Shown piece by piece: positions 1-11,400 of a stretch of DNA of 64,000 nt. The translations under genes were made by a program, and so were the position numbers. Each line of letters begins with the position of its first letter. The stretch's first letter is position 1. Source of the DNA: Raillietiella orientalis (Eukaryota); the NCBI GenBank assembly GCA_036172245.1, contig JAYWIR010000001.1, positions 7,068,001-7,132,000 of the forward strand. The letters run 5' to 3'. A model generated the notes under the pieces. The model was given only the letters and a program-made list of their open reading frames with translations. It had not been told where the DNA came from and did no database searches.

Positions 1-1501
1 GTGTTGCCAAGTTCGGAGTCCATGCAATTTCCGTCTACGACCCCAATTTGCGAAATCAAAGTTCGAAGTGGAGACCCATCTCGCCGCTCCCTTTTCGCAG
101 AAAATTTAGAGCCGCGTAGATACCTGCGCGAGGGCGCACCCTTACTTTCGAAGGGTTCTCCCAGCATGCGTTCTGATGATCCCGCAAACTCGTGAGTTGG
201 AATTTTTCCTTCAGCTTCCCCAGCGAATTACTGCGTTCCGATTGGGCGCACTCGTAGGTTGACTATCGTGCTTTGCAACCCGAGATTTCAACGCGGACAA
301 AATAGGGAAGGATATATATATACATATATAAAATGCGCTTCTCGACGGTTAAGCGATCCACGAAGACTTCTTCTTCCCCGCATCCTAGCGACAGGAGCTC
401 GCGACCCGCTTCGTGCAAAACTTTTACCGAGGGAATTTTCGTGGATCTGTCGGGTAGACGCACCTGGAAGGGCACCCGATCGAGTCTTGGCATTCTCAAC
501 TCTTGATCGACAATTTTTCGAGCGCTGCTGCTTGGAGTTTACTGCCGCAGCGCCTGTGATGGAAAAGCGGACGGATGACGCCCGCAAAGTAGGGGGGGGA
601 AGGAGGAGGGAGCTGCGCCTATTCCACTCCCTGCCTCCGCCCATTTAACACACTGCTTCAGCAGGAAAACGATCTGCAGACCTGGAACGAAGCTACCTAC
701 AGGAATCTTGGACCGTGTCATCAACAGTGGTGCTACAAAGACAATAAGCGAAAGGTCACTCTGGGTCAGAAACCTATGTCTTGTGTATTTTTGGCGCTGG
801 GCAATTCAATGATGAGGCGCGACAACACGAATTACATTCCTTGTAAATGAAAAAAAGAGAGAGAGAGAGAGATGCTGCTTGGAGACGGAAAAGTTTCCGT
901 TGCTCAGATGGTCTCGAAGCGCTAGAATCGCAACCCGGCAACGTGGTTTCGAATAGCTTGACGTCACTTCAAGATGGCTCTTTACACACACACCACGAGA
1001 CGCGACGTCGTGTGCGCGCGCGGGCGTGTGTTTGATAATCGCCCACGATAAGAACGGGTAGAAATCGAGTTAGCAGGAAGTAAACGTCTCCGAGGAGGAC
1101 AGTTTACAGCTTCAGAGCCGGAGCAGATTTTTTCCGCTCTCAAATGACCGATTTTTCCTTCTTCCTTTTTCAGAAGGGTGGTGCGTTTTACCAACACTAA
1201 GAGTCACCTGCAATATGTAAAAAACCGTATTCTTATTGCGAGCCACTTCTTCTCCTCCCCCCTTCCCCGCCCTTTGAAATAACCATCCCACTGCGATATG
1301 CCTCCGCCAGAACTACGGGCAGCCTTCTGGTTGACTCAAGGAAAGCTGCTGAATGAAAATGACTTCTAGATGCCTAGACGCACCAGTTTTTATGGGAACT
1401 CGCTTTGCGACACACACAGACACGGGCCTAGCACGCCGATTCCCGATGGGGAGGAGGACCAAACCATGAGAAGATGCAATGAGCTCGAGGCAACTTGATC
1501 C

Positions 1502-3651
1502 TCACATAGCCCCGTTCTGATACTTCAGCTGGAACGTGGGCTTTTCGGAAGGATGGTACAGCACAACAGGAGGAATCAACTTCTTGCCCATCACATGCGG
1601 CTCCAGATCTTCACCTCCGTAAGTGATCAGGGGAGAAATTTCACAGACGGGCTCATCTTCGCAAAACTTCTGGCTGGGAACGAAAAAGGCAGCTGTCAGA
1701 GTCACGGCGAAGAGGGACGCGCGGGGGGCGCGAATGGAACACGCTGAAGACTGAAACTCACCTGCCGTCCACCAGGAGCCCGTCTCCGTTCGGGACGCCG
1801 GCACTCGGTGGCAACCTAGCGTGCAGGGTTTCCAATGAGAAAGAATGCAAAATTTCTAAAGGGCTCAAGCGAGTGCGCTCTCGCGGAACCGTTCAAACGA
1901 GCGTCGAAGCAGCGTGGATTTGTTTACCTTGGCGCAAGAGGTATCGTTTCACCTCTTTCGTCCACGAACTTGCCCCCGGCCGCCAGGATGAAGCGGCGAT
2001 GCAGGGAGAACACGGCACGACGGACGCACACGGGGTTGTCCTCCTCGGAGTCCGCGCCGTTCTTCAGGGGAGAGAACTCGTCCTCCCGCAAGACCTCCCA
2101 GACAGCAAAACATCTGAGACCCACGTCGAGCCGAGACCCGGAGGCGCTTACTCGGAAAAGGGGAAGACGTCGAAAATGAATTTCTCCAGCTTTATGCCGT
2201 TCGGCAGGGCAGGCACCTCCACGAACCCCTCGGCGTTGACGTGCGGTATTTTCTTCTTGGCGATGTGGTAGCGCAGGGCACCCAGGTGGATATCACAGAA
2301 ACGGGCAAGAAATGGGACAGAAAAATAGTGGATGCAAATGTTTCCTGCGCTGAAGGTCAGACGACCATCGGGGCTGCGTTTCTGTGCCGTCTTCGGCGTG
2401 ATTTCACTGTACTCGACAACTCTACACTTCCCCTGGACTTGGCAAACCACGCCTAAGGCTTCCGTCGGGAAGACCTTCTCCACCACCTGGACGCGCGGGG
2501 GTTGAGGGTCGTATAGGAGAACGTCATGGAATTACCTTTGCGGCGCAATCGGCACCTTTGGTGAGGCAGTACCCTAGGAAGACGGGGTCCGCCATGCGGA
2601 TCAAGATGTTGTCGACGCAGTAGACGTAGAGGTGCTGGATGCTGCGCTCGTTCATGTGCCTCAGGATCCCCTGCCTGCGAAGAGCCAGAAACAAGCCGCC
2701 GTTCCCATCTTAGCCACTAAAAATTCTAAATCTGTACACTGTCAGCGCCAGGTCGTACCAGGAGCTTTGAAAATCTTATAGGTGGTTTCCATCAGTATGC
2801 GGCCGTCCAGGGAGAAGCACGGAAGCATTTCCTGTTCGAACACTATAATATCTTCCGCATTCAATCCGAAGTAACTGTTCTCCTTGAAGAAGGTTACCGT
2901 CATTTCTCTTGTGTGCTCGCTGGTCATAATGTACCTATTCCAGGGGGTAATGATACTTCATAAGCGAAGGCGGGAACTTGCCACACGATTCTGGTCTCCC
3001 CACCGATCAGGCGACCAGTCAGTTCCTGCAGCCTCAACAGCTTTTCCGCTTGCAGCTGGTACAGGGTTTTGTGTGATGGCAAACCCACGTCGAACATTCC
3101 CTTGGGATAATTGACTCCCAGTCGTGCGCCTTGCCCTCCGGCAAGTAGTAAAATACCCACGTGCCCTCGACTTATTTCCCTCAGTCCTAAAACCAAACAA
3201 TACGTGCAAGAACACTTCAAAGACTTCGTTTCACACAAAGCAAAGACAAACAAGAGGGGGGGGGGGGGAGGGGGACATCAATCCGCATTACATAGCAACC
3301 AAGAGGTAGTAGGCAAATGGACCTTTTTCTTGGTACTCGAGAAGTTTTTCGGGAGACGTTCTCGCAATCGATCCATGGATTTCCACAGGAATCGGTTGCA
3401 TCAACTGATCTAAAACGAGTTCCTCGGAATCGGGCCCATTCTTGTAGGCATTTGCAAAAATATCAGAAACTTCCTTCATGTCAAAGCTGCGCAAAGATTA
3501 AAGCCATGATGGATTCTAAAATCTTCAAACGCTACCTTTCTATGTCTACGCATAATTGCTTTTGCTGTGCCGGAGTCAGAGTGTCCCAGAATGACAACAA
3601 GTGACTCTGATTGTACGACGCCAATTTGCTTCTGAGATTTTCCAAGTCCAT
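1502..3651 (-). CDS. UAP1: UDP-N-acetylglucosamine pyrophosphorylase (UAP1/mummy), 9 coding exons: 3651-3536, 3486-3323, 3186-2982, 2934-2759, 2708-2536, 2486-2152, 2113-1928, 1815-1762, 1673-1502 (1581 nt, 526 aa)
   Basis: Spliced translation starts [23 protein letters not shown] and contains [64 protein letters not shown] and [12 protein letters not shown], all typical UAP1 motifs. Splice sites keep the frame throughout. Confidence 0.96.
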
Positions 3652-6600
3652 CCTTTTCTAAATCGAAGAACTGGAAAGTTTTGGGTACGTACGATTACAT
3701 TGGGCACATACTTGGGGTACACTGAAACAGAATTAACATCCATACGAAGAGTGATCGCGCTATTTCGTTGCTGCCGAAGAGGGAGGAATCGAATCGGAAG
3801 CATTTGATAAGGATGTGTGATACCCTTAATTTGTGCACAAGAGATCGGGGTTCCGATCACATGAAAGAGAAGAGATTATTTCAAATTACGGCAAGCAAAG
3901 TGAGTTTCTTCCCCAGGAACCGGGCGAGTTTTTCTTTCTTTTTTTATACAAAACGCTTGGGGAAAACATCTTGCTCGAAAGTTCCCCCTTGTCCAGCAAG
4001 CAGCTTCCCTCATCTACGAGGAGCACGAGCACACATTCACATTCAGTAAATTCCCGGAAAAAATCCCGAATGAAATTTTAAACAACAACATAAAAAGGAA
4101 AAAACATCCTTCGAGCCTGAATAGGAAGCTCGCGAACGGATGCAGGTTTTTCACCAATATTCTTCCTTTTCTTTTTTTCATCTTTTGCATTGAAGGCAAT
4201 AAACGTTCACGGAGACTGAGGAATTTTTTTTCCAAAAGCGGCGCTTCTTCGTTACTTATCTCAAGCAATACGACCGCGAGAAGCTTCGAAAACACACGAG
4301 GAAGATTTACATGACCCATGCAAATCACAGTCGGGATTATAAGAATTATGGGGACTTCTCCAGGCAGTTCACTTTGCGGTAAAAGTTAAATGGCAGGGAA
4401 CATGCAACGAACCGCTTGCAAAAAGAATAACAAGGAAGTGACGAATCGTCCGAGTTCAAGCCAAATACATGGCTTGGACTTGGTCGATTCGTACAAAAAG
4501 GCACAAAGCAAATAATGTACATCGGTTACTTACAGAACACTGACCGTGGACTGCACTCATGGGAATGAGAAACAAATGTCACTCTTCGATTACAGAGAAC
4601 TCCATCGATAACCTCAATATAAGAGTGAAAGTGATCTGACACGCATAAAAGTGACTACGTATACACATTGCCTCAGAAGTGATACTGCATCAGTAGCAAA
4701 AAAAAACGAACCACCGAATTTTTTTTTTTTTTTCATTGGTTTCCGAAACCAATTCGGAGGGGATTCTAAATTCGAATTTATTTTTTTTTTTTTTATTCAT
4801 TCATTTTTTTTTTTTTTCTTTCCTCCCCGTGTGCAATCGTGCCAAAGATACTTTAAAGAAGAAACCAATTAAAGGGGGAGGAAGGATCAGATGAACCTGG
4901 AACGAGTCGATCGAAGAATAAGTACGCAAAAGGAGGAAATTATTCCAAGGAACGTTATGGAGATGATTTGTAATGCGTGACCTTTGTCATCCCGATTTTA
5001 TGTGAGCAGCAAGTAAATCACACGACTTTCACGAGCAAACTTTCGGCTTATTTATGATGGAGGGAACCATACTGTACTGAGTTCGATTCTCAGTCCATGC
5101 AATCAGTGGGAACTCGGAGCAGAATAAGAAACCTTCCCAGATGCAGGGAGGCCATCTTTTTATAGAATAGTGGAGTCGCCGCCATCCACTCAGCTTTTGA
5201 GCGAACAACGCAAATTATGCCATGGTGGACACCATTGGCAAAACCCCATCGTTCGCTGTGTACCTACAAGGCACTTAATACACTACACAAACACTTTGAC
5301 ATGAAACAGCAGAAACACATTCACTGCAGCGGGAAGGTCAGTGGTTGGTAGTGGTTTTCCGTGCACACGCACACAGTGGCACAAAACGTAAAGAGCGGTG
5401 AAATAAGCAGCAAGTCAGATGCAACTGCCTTTGGAGGGCAGTCGGACGAGCAAATCGTTTCCGATGAAAATCCGATGTCTTAAAAAGAGGAAAATTCTAC
5501 GGTCGTATTTTTCACTGAAAGCAAAGGAAGCTGAGGAACAAACCCATTGCCGGAAGTGGACAAAGGAATGAATCGATACGCGGCAAACAAGGGAGAAGAA
5601 AACAACGACAACAACAACAACAACATGGGGTCCACATGTGTGAAGTCCCCCCAGGCGAGGGCACATTAACCGGGAACGTTCGTTCCCGAACATGGTGAAG
5701 GAAGAAGGTGTTGTTGCACGGCATCAGATGTATCTCCTTCGCAGCTGCTGCTGTTGCTGCTGGTGAACCGCAGGGTGGGAAAGGGACGACGGCTCAAGAA
5801 GCTCAACCCAAAACACGAAGCTGCTCCTCTTCACGGACACCACCACTTCCGTTTATACGGACGGTGAGGGCAGAATCGGAACTTGTCCGCCTTGCTCGGT
5901 GCGGTTCGAAGTGCTCGCTGATTTCGAAGATTTTTTACCAACAGGCACGAAAACACGCTTGAGAAAAAAAGAAAAAAAAAAAGGCAAACTGCATTTGCAG
6001 GTCGAAAGGCGGCAAAACAGGCCCAGAGCCTGGCTTTCAATCGAGCTGGCTATTTCTACGCGACTCGGAAGTCCCACGGCAATCACCGAGGCAGATTTCT
6101 GAATGACCGGGACAAATCCTGCTCATCCCGTGCTTCCCCAAGGCCAGCAGCAAACGGAAACGAAGGACCCCCCCAATACGAAATGTTGAGGATGTGTGCC
6201 ATCTTGCACAGCTTTGGCAGCAAGCGCCCGAGGTGCCAGGGTGACACGTAGCCACGACACGCGAGAGAACACGAAAGCCGTGTTCACGAAACGTGCACAA
6301 AAACACCGACGGAGAGTGCTGCTAAAACATTGCTGATTTTTTTTTTTTTTCGTTCCGAATTGATGAAAGCGCTTTCTAAGAAGGAAGTATAATGTTTTGC
6401 ACAACCCCGACAAAAATACCTCAAATTACAATCACCAACGTAAAAAAAAAAAAAAAATACTCTGCAGGTTTGAACACACAAACATAACACGAACATTTAC
6501 GGAGGAAACAAAAACAAAAACATAGATGAACATGAAACAATGAATTAATGTATGCAATCCTTTAAGTACTTGGGAATTCGTCGAAGAGGGAGGGGGGAGA

Positions 6601-8352
6601 TTCAAAGTGCGTTTGGCAGCGAAATAATTTCTCTACCGACAGAATGGGCGGCGGAATATGGGAAGCGGAAGACGCAAAGGATTCCATAGACGAACGCAAG
6701 AAGTGAAAATTCCAAGGAAACACACATATAGACAGTCGACATTTTCAATTTCGTTCACATTGTACTATTACTATGAAAACTCCATACTTATGATTGCATT
6801 TCGAAATAGAAAACTGGAACTATTCTACTGGAATGAAGGCCTCCCTGTTAGGAGGTAAACAAGGCAGAGCGAGGAGGTCTTAATTACTCTAGGCACATTT
6901 TTCATTTACGAGATAAAAAAGAAATATTCACCTTCTAGAAAGTAAACTGTGCCAAAATATCTTATTGAAATTTGAAACTTGATTGAAAAAAAGGCAAAGG
7001 CGTGAGGCAGGAATACTTTATCCTGTCCACTTAAACTGCGTCTAAAGTCCGTAGCAATCCATCAGGGAACTGTCTTTAAGTGTATCATTATGGATGGCGT
7101 AAAAATGGAAAAGCACACGGTTGCGTCAATTTCCAAACTTTCCGAGGTGTTGAACTGGAAAATCCATACTTTCTGAGCACCTAATGGAATGGGGGAACTG
7201 CTGCAGAAAGGAACCCGGTTTATTCCCGTCAAAGGAGACCAATAATCACTCATGTATGGAGCTGACCACTGTAAATGAAAAAACAAACATATATTTCACA
7301 ATTACCAGACCAGAGTTGCATAATCTCTCTTTTTTTTTTTTTTTTTGCTTCTTCTTCTCCTTCTACCAACAGCAAGAAAGGAAGTGCACAGCAGTTACGC
7401 ATGCAATGGAATTCAAAATCGCCTCCATGCATCGGTAACCAAAACGTACGGACCGGAACGCAGCCTGGTTTTCCGTACTTCTTATACCGTACGACTCGGC
7501 AAATTGGACAAATGGGTGATGGCAACGTGCGGCCTGCCTGGCTTCGGAGAAAGTACGCATGCGTGCGTTCACCTCTCATTCTCGTCGCAAGGTATTTCCA
7601 TTCGGGGCAACGCAAATTCCATTAACGGGGAAGGGAATGTTTCTCGATTCCCCCCCCCCTCCCCTCCCCTCCCCTGTGGACAACTTTTGGGTACACGTGC
7701 GTTCGTACGCATTTCGCGACGGCACTGCATAAGATGTTTCCGATGGCGCGCGCGCCAGTACGTACAGGAGGCAATCCGAGGACTTCGTCAGGGAACAGCA
7801 CATGCGACCAAGTCAACTGACGTGCTGTGCCGCAACACGAAAAGAGAATCACACACACAACCTTTTCATCCGTGCTACAGTACTTCATTTATTAAGTTTC
7901 CATTACAGCTCATAACGATAACGTGCGTTTCGCGAGGGACGACGCGAGGACGCTGTGTCTGGGAGATAGATGACCCGTAGCACAGAATTCTTTTTGAAAT
8001 GAATGCAAGGGGGACACATTCGTTTTGCACTCGTGCAACTCGGTCAACACAGGTGCAAAGGTCACTTTCATCACGTACGAAGCACAGCAACCTGACAAGC
8101 ACAATATAAAACATGCATTCATCACATTGCCAGTACTGAGTACTGAAAGATAACATGTAAGGTGGCATTTATATTGGAAAGGATTTCAACACATACGACC
8201 TCATCGGAGTGAGGAGTGTGTTGTTTTTGTACAGCACCCAAATTTGAAATTCCTTTGCTTGAAAGCTTAAGGTGGTTTAACATATATGGTTAAAAACCTA
8301 CCACCTTTACAAAGAAAATGAAATATGAATCTTCTAGAAAATGAGATCTGCA

Positions 8353-8358
8353 TTTATT
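8353..8358 (-). terminator. Candidate polyadenylation signal of wntless
   Basis: AATAAA on the minus strand about 110 nt after the stop codon. Confidence 0.45.
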
Positions 8359-8465
8359 AGATCCTTTTTACATTACATAAATAAAGTTTCCATACAAGTA
8401 ATAACTTTGAGATCAAAAAAAACAATGAGATTCAGGGTCAACAAAAGATTCTCCTGTCAGTAGAT

Positions 8466-11400
8466 TCACTTCTTCAACAGTGTGAAACTTGATTCTTCGT
8501 ACTCGTCGAGTCTTCTGAATTCTATTTCTTCATCGTCTCCTTTCGTTAATGATTCGTCTAAGGCCAACAAAATTATTAAACGTGTTAGGCAACTCACCGC
8601 TATCCACAGCCCACTTTTTGTGAGATGGCGCATACAATGATAGTAATGTCAGGACATAAATGTTCCACATTCCGTATACACCAGTAAAAAATGCGGAAGT
8701 GTACTGCAGCTGAATGTCCTCATCCCATTTCCAAAATCCTTCTGATGCTTGGCCAATTATAAAGCTAATTACAGTCAAAGCAGCACAGACTAAAGAAAAC
8801 AGCATCAGGAATTTGAAACGATAAATAACTCCCTGGGGAAACAACATTCAAAAACAATCCAGCAATACTATAAATACCTCATAATGCAGTCTCCTGAGAC
8901 AACACATAGTTGGTAATGCTGACCGTTTACTGCTTATATTGGAAAACACTTTCCATATAAGATATGTGAGAAATAAAAAGTACATGCAGGATGCAATCCC
9001 AGCAAGAATTATGAATCCCATCTAAGCAAGATTAGGAAATGGCTAATCCATCATTTAATCTTATAACTTAAAGGATACAGCAATGCTGGAACCAACTTCA
9101 GAGACCCAAATGGAATAAAATGTATAATGTAACTGAGTTCCACGTTCACACATATCAAACAGAAACATGGACAAGCAGCCAACCAACACAACACTCAGAT
9201 GCTTCCAATATGCTCGCAAATGATTACGCATTACATCATCCTATCACAGAACTAAAACAGATGGAAGATATACCACTTGCTCACCATCAAGTGTTCTCCA
9301 GCAAACACAATCCAAAAACTCAGCAGAACTGAATAAAATATGCCTTGTCTAATATCGCAAAGCAATAGCATGAAGGGTAACTCATAATACAATGTCAAAA
9401 ACTCTATGGGTACTAAGGTTCAAGCTAATTTAGTCATAAGATTTATTTTTCTGTGAAACACTTACAATTTAGTTGACTCAAAGCAATACCTAATGCAAGC
9501 AGCATACATTCTAATAATGCTGGTGGTCGCAATAGCTTTCGAATTCTTAACCAAAACCAGATCGTTGCAGCTAGTACAACTGGGAAGAAAAAGGCTTTCA
9601 GTGACAACCATACTTTGGTAAAACCTCCATTCTGATTGATAGCCTAAAATGCAATGGCTAAGAAAAACTCTGAAAATATTTTTAACTACCACAAGCCATA
9701 AATCCATTAATTCTCCAAGATCCTGGTTAATATTTGTATTCTCTTTTACTGGAAGACGAATGTTCAGCAGATAATAGTCATGATGTAAGCTTCCAAGTTC
9801 AAATAAAGGCAGTACATTACAACTGTACATGTAGTCTGCTCGTTTCTAATCATCACCAAGAAGGAAAAGCTTAATTTTTTTTAATCAGTATATGCAAATG
9901 CAGTTTAGTACATAATCAATTCATAAAAAAGCAACCAAATAGACAAAAAAGGAATAGATAAAAAATGAATCTCTTCAGAGGACTGAAAAAAAATTGAATT
10001 GCAATAATTTCCCAATCATCAGATTAAAAATGCTTTTTGAATGATGCATTAGCTTTTCACTGCAATATTACAAATTGTCCATTCTTATGTTATAAGTAAC
10101 ATTTTTTCTATGCAGTAGCCATTACATCCATCATACCTCAAGGATATGACAATCCAACTGTCTCTCTTCTTCAGATTCGGCAAGCAGCTTCCAATCATCT
10201 TCAGCATCCTCCCTATCTCTATAACCCATTTTAAGTTGCATGGTAATTTTGGGATTTGGTTCTATAGGATAATACCACTAAAACTGCGGAATACAGCATA
10301 GAGAATTCTCATACTCATTTCAGCAAGAGGATTATAATGGATTTCTGGAGTCAGAACCCCAATTAAATTCTGCTGCCAACGTGAATAATCAAGATTAATG
10401 CCTTCTTTGGGTAATGGAAGCTAAAAGGTAAAAAAAACTTCCTTAAGCATAATAGTGAGGCAATTGAAACCATTAGTTTCAATATATTCCTAAAACAGCA
10501 TTTGTGACAATGAGCTAAAAACTTTATTTCTGGTTAAAAACCATCTTTCCTTTTACAAGAATTCATCGTAAACGTAAGGTATGCCTAAGCATCCTCGTAA
10601 ACTCACACATTATGAGCAGCATAAGAGGCAGAAAACCCAAAAAACAATAAAAGTAAATAAAATTAAGCATGCACAGCATTTCCTATATTTTGCTTTCACA
10701 TTCTTTACTAGGATGAATTAAAATTTATACTATTTAAGTTATTTCTTATAGAAACCGATATTTTTCTTACACAAAAAATATATTTAACAAGTGGTATATA
10801 GACTTGATACTTTTGTTTAAAGTATTAAACATCAAATCTAAAAACCTGTTTGCGTTAACCGCCTAATTTTTTCCAAAAAAGAAGAAATAGCATGCAACTG
10901 CATTGAATTTTGGCTTTTCATCTATAAATAAAAAATTCTTTTTGATCCAGGAAAAAAAAACCTTGAAAATCATGGCAGTCCAATGAAACACGTTTGCAAT
11001 TTCATTTCTAGAATTCCATCGCAAATTTCCGTTACTTTTCGACAAAAAATTAACGCATTTCTTACTTCCACATGTACTTTGCCCTAGAAACTAGACTCTG
11101 AATGTAGAAACCTGATGCTGAAACAATTTACCATCCAACAATCTGGATTGTAATCCTGCATGGTAGATCATATTGGAATGTGCTAACCACAACTCATCCA
11201 AGTTCCTTCTAATGGTAAACAAACTTATCTATACTTTCGAGAGTCCCCATTAAATTGCTGATCCTGAATATCTATGTCAACAGTAGTATTACAAACAGAT
11301 GCAATGAAAGATTCGTGTGAACCCTAATTAAGCAAACATTTTGAACAAACTTCATTGGTTGGTTCACACTACAAACTGTTAAAAACAACTTTATGCAAAA

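Noticed and set aside
5076-5094. Perfect tRNA T-arm (ctgag-TTCGATT-ctcag)
   Set aside because: No D-arm, anticodon arm or acceptor stem at the right spacing; an isolated B-box at most
5725-5960. Minus-strand QQQQQQLRRRYI* and a possible terminal exon near 5853-5957
   Set aside because: No recognisable homology or linked exons; explained by a CAG/CAA microsatellite
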